NCBI GenBank assembly: GCA_964607485.1
Contig: CAZSKP010000020.1
Coordinates: forward strand, 1-49,123
From: an uncultured bacterium
GTDB taxonomy: Bacteria; Abyssobacteria; SURF-5
Direction of reading: 5' to 3'
Length of the DNA stretch: 49,123 nt
Positions 18,182-27,644 of the stretch are shown here, piece after piece (position 1 is the stretch's first letter; every line of letters begins with the position of its first letter). The notes beneath the pieces were generated by a model, which worked only from the letters and a program-made list of their open reading frames with translations, did no database searches and was not told the origin of the DNA. The translations under genes were made by a program, and so were the position numbers.

Positions 18182-20803
18182 TCAGCCGGCCTTTGCCATG
18201 CGGCCTACCGCATTGGGCACTTCTTCGAGCGCCGCCTCGAGCTTCGACGGTTCTTTTCCGCCCGCCTGAGCCATGTCGGGACGGCCGCCTCCGCCTCCGC
18301 CGACGATTTTCGCCACGTCCTTCATCAGGTCTCCGGCGTGCACTCTGCCGGTGAGGTCCTTGGTAACGCCCGCAATGAGCAAAACCTTTCCTTTCGAGAC
18401 TCCGCCGATGACAACGACGCCCGATTTCAGCTTCGCCTTGAGCGAGTCCATCGTGTTCCGGAGATAGTCTGCGTCGTGGTCATCGAGCCTCACCGCAAGC
18501 ACCTTGATTCCGTCCACGTCCACCGCCTGGGCGAGCATGTCGTCCACCTTGTCGGCGACGACAGCGCTTTTCAGCCGGGCCAACTCCTTCTCGACCTTCT
18601 TCCTTTCTTCGAGCAGGTGGCGTATTCGAGCCGGAACATCCTCGCGGGCAGCGTTCAATGAGGACTCGGCTTCTCCCAGTATGTCTTCGCTCTCGCGGAC
18701 CCACCTGTATGCGGCGCTCCCGCAGACCGCCTCTATTCTGCGCACGCCCGCGGCGACCGATGACTCGGAGGTGATCAGGCACAGGCCGATGTCACCGGTC
18801 GAGTGAACGTGCGTGCCCCCGCACAGCTCCATGCTCACATCGCCCATCCTCACCGCTCGCACCTCGTCGCCGTATTTCTCGCCGAAAAGCGCGATGGCCC
18901 CGCGCTGTTTCGCCTCATCGAACGGGAGAATCTCCGTTTCGACGGGGATGTTCCGTCGTATTCGCTCGTTGACAAGCGCCTCCACTCGCCGAAGTTGGCG
19001 CTTGTCGGGAGCGGCAAAGTGAGCGTAGTCGAACCGAAATCTGTCCGGCGCCACCAGCGAGCCGGCCTGGTACACGTGGTCGCCGAGAACCTGCCTGAGG
19101 GCACTCTGAAGAAGGTGGGTGCCCGAGTGGTGCGCGGCCGTGTCGCGGCGAAGATTCTCGTTGACCTGTGCCGATACCGTCTGGCCCACACGGAGTTCGC
19201 CCTCCTTGAGCCGCACCTTGTGAACGGCGAGACCGCTCACGGGCGCTTGCGTGTCGAGCACTTCAGCTTTGAGTCCCTTGGCGCCCAAAACGCCTTTGTC
19301 TCCAACCTGTCCGCCTTGCTCCGAATAGAACGGCGTTATGTCGAGAACAACCTCGACGGTGGATTCCGCCTCGGCCGATTCGACCGGCGAGCTGTCGACT
19401 ATTATCGCCAGGACTCTGGCCTCCACCTGTAGCTGCGTGTATCCGACAAACTCCGTGGGGGGGAGCTCCTGCGCCAGTTCACTATACGGCCGCGCGTTCC
19501 CAGCGGCCTCATAGCCGGTGAAGGCGGCGCGCGCTCGTTCTCTCTGCTTCTGCATTTCCGACTCGAAGCCGGCCTTGTCCACCTCGAAACCTCCCGAGAC
19601 GGCCATCTCTTCGGTCAACTCCGCCGGAAAGCCATATGTATCGTAGAGTCTAAATACCTCCTGCCCGCTTATTCGCTTCTTCCCGGACTTCTTGAGGTTT
19701 TGTATTATATCGTCAAGCAGGGCAAGGCCTTGCGTAAGCGTCTCGTTGAATCGTTTCTCCTCGGTCTTCACCACTTTGCTCACGTGTTCGCGCTTGGTCT
19801 CGAGCTCGGGATAGGCCGATTTGTAGACATCCACAACGGCGCCGACTATCCGGTACAGGAACGGGTCTTTCATGCCGAGGTCGCGGCCTCGCTGGACAGC
19901 GCGCCTCAGGACCCTTCGCTCGACATAACCCCTGCCTTCGTTCGAGGGAAGCACACCGTCGGCGATGAGGAACGTGAGCGCCCTCACGTGGTCGGCTATG
20001 ATCCGGTATTGCTCGACGGCGTCTGCGGGGTCCACGCCGGTGAGCGACGCCGTGTATTCGACAATCGGTCTGAAAAGGTCGGTCTCGAAGTTGGAATGTG
20101 TGCCCTGCATCACTGCGGCGATGCGCTCCAGCCCCATCCCGGTATCGATGTTCTTTTTGGGCAGAGGGTCGAGCGAGCCGTCCTCCTTGCGGTCAAATTG
20201 CGTGAACACGTGGTTCCATATTTCGACGAAGCGGTCGCAGTCGCAGCCAAGTTCGCACTCCGGACGCCCGCAGCCGACGCCTTCTCCGTAGTCAAAGTGG
20301 ATTTCTGAGCAGGGTCCGCATGGTCCTGTGGGGCCCATGGTCCAGAAATTGTCCTCCTCTCCCATGCGCACGATCCGATCGGTGGAGACGAGCTTCTTCC
20401 ATATCTCGAATGCCTCATCGTCGTCTCTGAATATGGTTATCCACAGCCGTTTCTTCGGAAGCCCGAGCTCCTTGGTGACGTAGTTCCAGCCCCAGGCGAT
20501 GGATTCTTCCTTGAAGTAATCGCCAAAGGAGAAATTGCCTAACATCTCGAAGAATGTGTGATGACGAGAGGTTCTGCCAACGTTGTCGATGTCGGACGTT
20601 CTGAAGCATTTCTGGCAGGTTGCCGCCCGGGTGAACTTGAGCGGAACTTCGCCCAAAAATTCCTTCTTGAACTGTACCATTCCCGCGCTCGTGAAGAGGA
20701 GCGTGGGGTCGTCCGGCGGCACGAGCGACAGGCTGGGTTTTATGGTATGCCCGTGGCGCCTGAAAAAATCCAGAAAGCTCTCTCGGAGCTCGTTGCCAGT
20801 CAT
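18182..20803 (-). CDS. alaS: Alanine--tRNA ligase
   Basis: DPTLLFTSAGMVQFK, HHTFFEMLGNFSFGDYFK, IDTGMGLER, ELCGGTHV, GGGGRPDMAQAGG. Confidence 0.99.
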   Translation of the reverse strand: MTGNELRESFLDFFRRHGHTIKPSLSLVPPDDPTLLFTSAGMVQFKKEFLGEVPLKFTRAATCQKCFRTSDIDNVGRTSRHHTFFEMLGNFSFGDYFKEESIAWGWNYVTKELGLPKKRLWITIFRDDDEAFEIWKKLVSTDRIVRMGEEDNFWTMGPTGPCGPCSEIHFDYGEGVGCGRPECELGCDCDRFVEIWNHVFTQFDRKEDGSLDPLPKKNIDTGMGLERIAAVMQGTHSNFETDLFRPIVEYTASLTGVDPADAVEQYRIIADHVRALTFLIADGVLPSNEGRGYVERRVLRRAVQRGRDLGMKDPFLYRIVGAVVDVYKSAYPELETKREHVSKVVKTEEKRFNETLTQGLALLDDIIQNLKKSGKKRISGQEVFRLYDTYGFPAELTEEMAVSGGFEVDKAGFESEMQKQRERARAAFTGYEAAGNARPYSELAQELPPTEFVGYTQLQVEARVLAIIVDSSPVESAEAESTVEVVLDITPFYSEQGGQVGDKGVLGAKGLKAEVLDTQAPVSGLAVHKVRLKEGELRVGQTVSAQVNENLRRDTAAHHSGTHLLQSALRQVLGDHVYQAGSLVAPDRFRFDYAHFAAPDKRQLRRVEALVNERIRRNIPVETEILPFDEAKQRGAIALFGEKYGDEVRAVRMGDVSMELCGGTHVHSTGDIGLCLITSESSVAAGVRRIEAVCGSAAYRWVRESEDILGEAESSLNAAREDVPARIRHLLEERKKVEKELARLKSAVVADKVDDMLAQAVDVDGIKVLAVRLDDHDADYLRNTMDSLKAKLKSGVVVIGGVSKGKVLLIAGVTKDLTGRVHAGDLMKDVAKIVGGGGGGRPDMAQAGGKEPSKLEAALEEVPNAVGRMAKAG

Positions 20804-20871
20804 CTTTTTCCGCCTCTTAGCTGCCTTGTGGAGGGTTCACTGATTGATTCACATACTGCCTAAGTGTGCGT

Positions 20872-20900
20872 ATTATAACAAGATACTCAGTTTTTTGCAA
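20872..20900 (-). promoter_or_regulatory. Putative sigma-70 promoter of the alaS operon
   Basis: TTGCAA-17 nt-TATAAT on the minus strand. Confidence 0.6.
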
Positions 20901-20959
20901 ATCCTTGCTTGGAGGGGAAAACGATGCCGGAGAGACAAGGAGGGAGGGAGAACGTAAAC

Positions 20960-20983
20960 GGGCTGCGCCGTGCGGCGCAGCCC
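20960..20983 (-). terminator. Hairpin downstream of the sigma factor gene
   Basis: gggctgcgccg-tg-cggcgcagccc perfect inverted repeat. Confidence 0.6.
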
Positions 20984-21021
20984 TGATGAGCAATTGTTTC
21001 TGTCCGCCCGCTGAGGTTCTC

Positions 21022-22212
21022 TCAGTTCAGGAAGCTTCTGAGCGACTGGCTTCCCATATGATGCCGCAGGCGCAGGAGCGCCTTGTTTTCTATCTGAGAC
21101 ACACGCTGACGCGAGAGTTTCAGGTAATCGGCTATCTCGGACTGTGTATGCTCTGTGCCGTCTTCGAGTCCGTACCTGAGTTTGAGCACTTCCTGCTCGC
21201 GCTCATCGAGTGCGTCTTTCATGACCGTTTCGAGCTGCTCGCGGAAGAAGTGTTTGTCAACGGTTTCTATTGTCGAAGGACTGTGGGTGTCGCCCAGTAT
21301 TTCTCCGAGCGTGCAATCGCCGTTCTCACCGTCAACGGGAAAATCGAGTGAAATGGAGCGCTGTGGAATCTTGGCCATCGAGCGAACCTTCTCGCTCTCG
21401 ACGCCCGAATCTTTGGCTATCTCGGTTATGGTCGGTCGTCGTCCCAGCTCTCTTTTCAGCTTCCGGCTCGCTCTGTCCACTTTCTTAAGCGCAGGTATCA
21501 CATTCACCGGGATTCGGACGGTACGCACCTGGTTGGATATCGTACGCGTGATGGCAGCCTGTATCCATTTGGACGCATAGGTGCTGAATTTGAATCCCAG
21601 TTTGTAGTCAAATCCATCCACCGCTTTCATCAAGCCCGTGTTGCCAGCCTGTATGAGGTCGAGAAGCGGCATGCCGCAACTGGAAAACTTCTTCGCGATA
21701 CTGACGACGAGCCTCAAATTGGCGGAGACGAGCTCTTCCTTTGCCTTCCTCATGGTAGCCCTGTCTTTTCTCCTGCGGGCACGCTCCATCTTCTTGGCCA
21801 ACCGGATGACATCCTGGTCGGAAAGCAGCGGGATTCTCCCTATATCCCGGAAGTATAACCGCAGCAGGTCTTCCCCGGAAGAACGCTCCTTGGGGAGCAC
21901 GTCGATTCTTTCCTCTTCTTCCTCGACCGCTTCATCCTCGATCCGCTCAGTTTCGTCCTCCTCGATGGCAACCCGGACGAAGCTGAAATCCGCATCTTCC
22001 ATTTCCACTTCGTTGGGGATTGCTAAGGCCGTTGCCGTTGAGGCTATAGAATGCACGGTTTCCATTTTGGATTTATTGACAAACTTCTCTGAAACGCGAG
22101 AACGTCTGCTAGTGGACCTTGTGAACCTCTTGCTTCTTCCGTTACCACTGCGCTTCTGCACTGCAGTTGCCTTTTTCATCGTTTCCCTCTTCTTTCTCGC
22201 GATTGGGTGCAT
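21022..22212 (-). CDS. Sigma-70 family RNA polymerase sigma factor, RpoD/RpoS-like but divergent
   Basis: Region 1.2 [11 protein letters not shown]; region 2 [30 protein letters not shown]; regions 3 and 4 present; start codon uncertain. Confidence 0.92.
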   Translation of the reverse strand: MHPIARKKRETMKKATAVQKRSGNGRSKRFTRSTSRRSRVSEKFVNKSKMETVHSIASTATALAIPNEVEMEDADFSFVRVAIEEDETERIEDEAVEEEEERIDVLPKERSSGEDLLRLYFRDIGRIPLLSDQDVIRLAKKMERARRRKDRATMRKAKEELVSANLRLVVSIAKKFSSCGMPLLDLIQAGNTGLMKAVDGFDYKLGFKFSTYASKWIQAAITRTISNQVRTVRIPVNVIPALKKVDRASRKLKRELGRRPTITEIAKDSGVESEKVRSMAKIPQRSISLDFPVDGENGDCTLGEILGDTHSPSTIETVDKHFFREQLETVMKDALDEREQEVLKLRYGLEDGTEHTQSEIADYLKLSRQRVSQIENKALLRLRHHMGSQSLRSFLN

Positions 22213-22274
22213 TTTACGATTCCAAGGCCGCTTTTTCGCTTATTGGACTTATTTGGTCTAGTTGGTCTAGCGTA

Positions 22275-22303
22275 ATTTTACCATACACCCCTGCACCTGT
22301 CAA
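22275..22303 (-). promoter_or_regulatory. Sigma-70 promoter of the sigma factor gene
   Basis: TTGACA-17 nt-TAAAAT with extended -10 TG on the minus strand. Confidence 0.7.
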
Positions 22304-22836
22304 GAGGAAATCTCATAAGACAAGAAAATATTTGTATTGCCATAATATGTTAACATATAACGTGTTAAGACGATTCTTGCGTTTGGCGTCGAATTTTTGA
22401 TAGATAAGTTATGGACTAACACACTCCATTTAGTCGGTCCTTAACCATAATGGGGGGGCGCGAAATCCGCTGTCATCGCTTTGCGAAAGAGGTGAAAGAT
22501 GGTTCGGTGGGAAAAGGACCAGCCCAAGGCGGAAAAAATGTGGGCGGCCGGCACTTGAGGGAGGGGTCATGTGAAGCCGCCGGACGAGCCAAGATGCCTG
22601 AATTGTTTCCCGCCCTTTTCTTTCCCTCATTGCGCAAAGGAAAAGGGAGAAGAGGGAAAAGAGGGTGAAGCTCTTCAAAGGCTTTTGCTTGACTTTTTGT
22701 GATTTTTTGGGTATACATATAGACATAGATATGCAGTAGTTTGCAGGACGAGGGAGGATTGCGTTTGAGGTCAAGGAGCGCAATCCCTAATTTTTGGTTC
22801 CTCTTCGAGCTTCCTGCGGAAATAGCTCGACCAATC

Positions 22837-22913
<77 letters not shown>

Positions 22914-22972
22914 TTTTTTCGGTGAGTTGCTGATAACTCCCATGCAGGGAGGCGAGGCTTCCCTTTTTCCCC

Positions 22973-24634
22973 GTGGTCCAAGCCATTTCAAAGATGCTCT
23001 CATCCGTCCACCGTGTTCGCCTGAACTGCAAGTTTTCTCTCGCTCTCATTCCGTTGTTGCTCTTCTGTCTGGAATCGGAATCGCTGGCGGTGGACGTCGG
23101 CTCGTCAGCTCCGAGCTTTTCGCTCGCCAATCTCTCGGGTGATCTCGTCAGCCTCGAATCGCCTCCGAGGGGCGGCATGTTGCTCCTGTATTTCTTCGAC
23201 GCCTCCGATGAGACAGTGGAAACGCTTGTCCGGCTGAACGACGCCGCGTCGAAGACTTCCGGCGCCTTGTCCGTGCTCGGCATCAGTCGTGCGAATACCG
23301 AGGGCCTGGAAAACCTTGCGGCTGATAAGGCGCTCCATTCCGCCGTTCTCTCCGACAACAAGGGCGTCACGCTTGCCTACGGACTCACGAGAACGCTTCC
23401 CGCCGCCGTCATCATCGGTCCCGGCGGCGTTGTCGCCTCCGTCCTGGCTCCGGCAAGAAGCGGCCGGGGCGCGCTGATGGCTTCAGCCGACGCATTCATC
23501 TCGATGGGGCTTGCCGCTTCCGCCATGAGAGTCTATCAGTCAATGTCCGATGACTGGCTCGGCGGGCCTGAAAGGACGCTTGCCACCGCGTACGCGTCGA
23601 TGCTGATGGGGAACACGGACGCCGTGCATCAGCCTCTCGAAGATTTGGCCAAAGGTTCCTCTCCCTTTTCCGCGGAGGCGCATGCTGCGTTGGGATTTCT
23701 CTTGTACGGTCAAGGGAAAGACGCAAGCGCGCTTGTCGAATGCAGCCGGGCGCCGACCAACGGGTTCGCGAATTGGGTGGCTGGAATGGTGAAGACGCGC
23801 GCGGGCGAGTGCGGTGCCGCATCGTCGCTTTTTGACAAGGCGGCAAAAGGCAAGTTCGCCTTCGGATGGCAGAAGGGGCTCGCGTTCAATATGGCGGCAA
23901 GGATGGCTGAAGCAAGAGGGGACGAAAAAAAAACGTTGGCGCTCTACAAAACGGCCTTTGCGCTGATTCCGCTGAATGCAACGGTCAATGCGAACCTCCT
24001 CGTGCATCACTGGCGGCTCGGAAATCTTCCGGCCTCCGCCGCGTACGCGGCGATTATCAAATCGACCGGCGCGGAGAATCCGCTCATTCGGGCGGTTCTT
24101 GATGAATTCGATGCCGAGTCCGCGTTCGCCAGAGACAGCGTGGCGCGCAGGCAACTGGACAAGAAGTTGAGTAAGCCGCCGTCTCAAAAAGCGCGAGCGG
24201 GAAGCAAGCGCACCGGTTCGCGCCGGACTATCCTCATTTATGATCTGGCGTTCACCGACTGCCCGCCGGAATTGAACTGTCTGCCACTGGCAAGCGCCGG
24301 GTTGTTGAAAAAAAGACTGGAAAGCTCTGGCGCGCTGGTGGCCATAAGGCGGCCCGAGACGCTTGAAGCGGCGAAGCGCTTGAATATTCCAATTCACGAA
24401 TTACAGGACCCTGCCCGACTGGCGCAGGTTGCGAGGGCCTTGTCGGCCGACCTCGTGCTGGTGGGGGAGGTGGGAACGTACGAGAGCGGCTACTTGCTCA
24501 ATCTCAGGATTGCCGAGGTCGATTCCGGAAAGGTGACAGCGATCACGTCGGAGAGATTCGGCTCGCTCGATGCCTTGGTGCCTGCGCTTCAGAAATCCGC
24601 CGCTGCGTTAGCGCAAAAGATATCCGCCCGTTAG
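22973..24634 (+). CDS. Exported multidomain protein: redoxin-like fold, TPR-like helices, C-terminal CsgG/TolB-N-like domain
   Basis: Signal-like segment; VGSSAPSFSLANLSG and LPAAVIIGPGG (AhpC/TSA-like); ALSADLVLVGEV..YLLNLRIAEVDSGKV. Confidence 0.7.
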   Translation: MVQAISKMLSSVHRVRLNCKFSLALIPLLLFCLESESLAVDVGSSAPSFSLANLSGDLVSLESPPRGGMLLLYFFDASDETVETLVRLNDAASKTSGALSVLGISRANTEGLENLAADKALHSAVLSDNKGVTLAYGLTRTLPAAVIIGPGGVVASVLAPARSGRGALMASADAFISMGLAASAMRVYQSMSDDWLGGPERTLATAYASMLMGNTDAVHQPLEDLAKGSSPFSAEAHAALGFLLYGQGKDASALVECSRAPTNGFANWVAGMVKTRAGECGAASSLFDKAAKGKFAFGWQKGLAFNMAARMAEARGDEKKTLALYKTAFALIPLNATVNANLLVHHWRLGNLPASAAYAAIIKSTGAENPLIRAVLDEFDAESAFARDSVARRQLDKKLSKPPSQKARAGSKRTGSRRTILIYDLAFTDCPPELNCLPLASAGLLKKRLESSGALVAIRRPETLEAAKRLNIPIHELQDPARLAQVARALSADLVLVGEVGTYESGYLLNLRIAEVDSGKVTAITSERFGSLDALVPALQKSAAALAQKISAR

Positions 24635-24710
24635 GCCGACCATTCCCGCCCGAAAAAAGCGTCGAAGGCAGTCGCACTATCCATCGCTCACTTCGCCCGA
24701 CAGACCTCCG

Positions 24711-25583
24711 TCATTTCCCCAGTGCTCCGGCCACCGTTTCGCCTATCGAGGCGGGGCTGTCGCACACGGTGACACCGGCGGCGCGCATTGCATGTATCTT
24801 CTCAGCGGCCGTTCCCTTTCCGCCTGAGATGATTGCGCCCGCATGCCCCATGCGCTTTCCCGGAGGGGCCGTGACGCCAGCGATGAAGCTGACGACGGGC
24901 TTTGTCATGTGCTTCTTGGCGAACTCGGCGGCCTCTTCCTCGGCGGAGCCGCCGATTTCTCCGATGAGCACCACCGCGTCCGTCCCGTCGTCCTCCTGAA
25001 AGAGGTTCAGCAGGTCAACGAAGGTGCTGCCTATGATCGGGTCGCCGCCGATTCCGATGCAGGTTGACTGGCCGAGACCTCGGCGGGTCAACTGGTCCAC
25101 CGCTTCATAGGTCAGCGTGCCGCTTCGCGATATGAGACCGACGTTGCCCGGTTTGTGGATGAATCCGGGCATGATGCCGACCTTGCATTTGCCCGGCGTG
25201 ATCGCGCCGGGGCAGTTCGGTCCTATCAGGCGTGTCGGCCTTCCTCGAAGATATCGTTTCACCCGCATCATATCAATCGTCGGGATGCCCTCGGTGATGC
25301 ACACGACGACGCCGAGGCCGGCATCGGCCGCCTCCATGATTGCATCGGCCGCGAAGGGGGGAGGGACGAATATCATCGACGTATTTGCCCCCGTATCTCT
25401 CACGGCCTGTTCGACCGTATTGAACACGGGAACGTCGTCCATCTTGCTTCCGCCCTTGCCCGGGGTCACACCCGCGACGACGTTCGTCCCGTACTCGATG
25501 CACTGTTGCGTGTGAAAGGCGCCTTCCTTTCCAGTGATGCCCTGCACGAGCAGGCGCGTATTCTCGTCAACAAGAATGCTCAT
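24711..25583 (-). CDS. sucD: Succinyl-CoA synthetase alpha subunit
   Basis: [33 protein letters not shown]. Confidence 0.98.
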   Translation of the reverse strand: MSILVDENTRLLVQGITGKEGAFHTQQCIEYGTNVVAGVTPGKGGSKMDDVPVFNTVEQAVRDTGANTSMIFVPPPFAADAIMEAADAGLGVVVCITEGIPTIDMMRVKRYLRGRPTRLIGPNCPGAITPGKCKVGIMPGFIHKPGNVGLISRSGTLTYEAVDQLTRRGLGQSTCIGIGGDPIIGSTFVDLLNLFQEDDGTDAVVLIGEIGGSAEEEAAEFAKKHMTKPVVSFIAGVTAPPGKRMGHAGAIISGGKGTAAEKIHAMRAAGVTVCDSPASIGETVAGALGK

Positions 25584-25595
25584 CGCATGTCTCCG

Positions 25596-26753
25596 TCAGC
25601 TTATGGCCGCGACTGCCTTGCGCGCGGCGTCCTCGAACGTTTCCGCCACCCTGAACTTCAGCCCCGATTTCTCAAGTATCTCCCTGGCTTCCACCGAGTT
25701 GGTTCCCTCGAGCCGCACGACCATCGGCACGTTGACCTCAACCTCCTTGAGCGCTTCCAGTATGCCGTTGGCCACGCGGTCGCAACGGACTATTCCGCCG
25801 AATATGTTTATGAGCACCGCGCGCACATTCGCGTCGGAGGTGAGGATGCGAAACGCGCTGGCGACGCGCTCGGCGCTGGCCGCGCCGCCGACATCGAGGA
25901 AATTGGCGGGCATCTGCCCGTGCAGCTTGATGATGTCCATCGTCGCCATTGCGAGGCCCGCGCCGTTGACCATGCAGCCGACCGAGCCGTCGAGCTTGAT
26001 GTAGCTGAGGTTATGCTTCGAAGCCTCCACCTCGAGCGGCTCTTCCTCGTCCGTGTCGCGGAGCTCGGCGAGGTCCTTGTGGCGATACACGGCGTTGTCG
26101 TCGAGGTTTATCTTGGCGTCGAGCGCGAACGCTTCGCCGTCTTCGGTAACGGCAAGCGGGTTTATCTCGGCAAGCGAGCAGTCGGATTCCATGAATGCCT
26201 TGTACAAACCGGAAATCATGCGGCCGACCTTGCCGCCGAGCTCTTTGGTGAGGTTGAGCCCGTAGCACAGTTTGCGAATCTGGAACGGCTGGAGTCCGAC
26301 TGCCGGGTCTATCGTGACTTTCAGAATCTTCTCTGGAGTCTTGGCGGCGACCTCTTCGATCTCCATTCCGCCCGCCTCGCTGGCCATAATCACGGGACTT
26401 TCGGATACGCGGTCAATCACGATGCCGAGGTAAAGTTCGCGAGCGATTTTGCCCGCTTCCTCAACGAGCACGCGTTTGACGAGGCGGCCCTCCGGCCCCG
26501 TCTGGTGGGTGACGAGCTTCATTCCGATTATCGACCGGGCGGCCTTCTGAGCTTCGTCGGGCGAATTCGCCACCTTGATGCCGCCGCCTTTGCCTCGGCC
26601 TCCGGCGTGAATCTGAGCCTTGACGGCTACGGAGCCGCCGAGCTCTTCGGCCACGGTGCGGGCCTCTTCCGGCGTGTCGGCCACGCGGCCCCGCGGCACA
26701 GGCACTCCGAACTTCCTCAGGAACTCCTTCGCTTGATATTCATGTATCTTCAT
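25596..26753 (-). CDS. sucC: Succinyl-CoA synthetase beta subunit
   Basis: [51 protein letters not shown]. Confidence 0.98.
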   Translation of the reverse strand: MKIHEYQAKEFLRKFGVPVPRGRVADTPEEARTVAEELGGSVAVKAQIHAGGRGKGGGIKVANSPDEAQKAARSIIGMKLVTHQTGPEGRLVKRVLVEEAGKIARELYLGIVIDRVSESPVIMASEAGGMEIEEVAAKTPEKILKVTIDPAVGLQPFQIRKLCYGLNLTKELGGKVGRMISGLYKAFMESDCSLAEINPLAVTEDGEAFALDAKINLDDNAVYRHKDLAELRDTDEEEPLEVEASKHNLSYIKLDGSVGCMVNGAGLAMATMDIIKLHGQMPANFLDVGGAASAERVASAFRILTSDANVRAVLINIFGGIVRCDRVANGILEALKEVEVNVPMVVRLEGTNSVEAREILEKSGLKFRVAETFEDAARKAVAAIS

Positions 26754-26835
26754 GTCGTTGCCCCATATCGGTCCTGACGGGAAAATGGATGGTTTGGTCG
26801 GGAATCCGCCTGCAGATACACCCGCAAGCGGGCAT

Positions 26836-26864
26836 AGTTTAGCAAATATGGTCCATCGTGTCAA
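26836..26864 (-). promoter_or_regulatory. Sigma-70 promoter of sucCD
   Basis: TTGACA-17 nt-TAAACT on the minus strand; a divergent TTGACA at 26911 faces tRNA-Phe. Confidence 0.6.
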
Positions 26865-26970
26865 AAGCTGTTCCTCCCTGGTTGGAAGCCTCGCTCCCAT
26901 GTCGGACTGCTTGACAAATCGCGTGCGGATTGTGTATTTTAGTGCTCAACGGATGGTCGATTCTTCCAGT

Positions 26971-27043
<73 letters not shown>

Positions 27044-27144
27044 CAACGGGGAAAGGTCAGCATTGACGGGCGATTGCGGCGTCCGTCCCTTTTCCGGTTT
27101 GCTCGGGGAAGTAGGGCAGTGTGCTTGCTTCCCCGCTGATTTTG

Positions 27145-27405
27145 TTAAAATACGCCGCCGCCGTTCGTTGTCGCTGCCAAACCCTCTTGTCGAAGCCGGT
27201 CAGCGTCTTTCTCGCCTTCGATAAGCTCCGGCAAACGATACAGCACTTTCCTGACACCTTTCATATTCCGTATCCAGCCGCCGTTACCGTCCGTCCGGCG
27301 CTGCAAAAAGTATTCTTACCGCGAAGACCCGGGAGGATTATCAAACCTCAGCGCCTGATACAACAACGTCCTTTGAGCATCTTGATAATCATATGCTGGC
27401 CCCAT
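27145..27405 (-). pseudogene. Phage/plasmid-type TOPRIM primase fragment
   Basis: Manual translation: MGPAYDYQDAQRTLLYQALRFDNPPGSSR*EYFLQRRTDGNGGWIRNMKGVRKVLYRLPELIEGEKDADRLRQEGLAATTNGGGVF*; internal stop at 27316-27318. Confidence 0.8.
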
Positions 27406-27560
27406 TTTCGCCTTGCTCCTCCGTTCCGGTCTTTATACGTCCATCTCCCAAGAAAGAATCCCTGCCGGCAAGTGACGCGCTAGGAATAATAGGGGAGGCA
27501 TGTCCACACACACCGCCCGGAGGGGAACTAAAACAAGCTGAAATGTCCTAGCGCGTTTCG

Positions 27561-27589
27561 TTGACATATTACAATTTCCGTGGTAAGAT
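27561..27589 (+). promoter_or_regulatory. Sigma-70 promoter of the island sulfatase-like gene
   Basis: TTGACA-17 nt-TAAGAT with extended -10 TG. Confidence 0.65.
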
Positions 27590-27644
27590 TTTTCTAACCC
27601 CGGCGTCCGCCAAGAGCGGGAAAATCGAAACAGGGGAATGTACA

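Noticed and set aside
25155-26777. 540-aa plus-strand ORF
   Set aside because: Antisense shadow of sucCD, typical of GC-rich codon bias; no recognisable motifs
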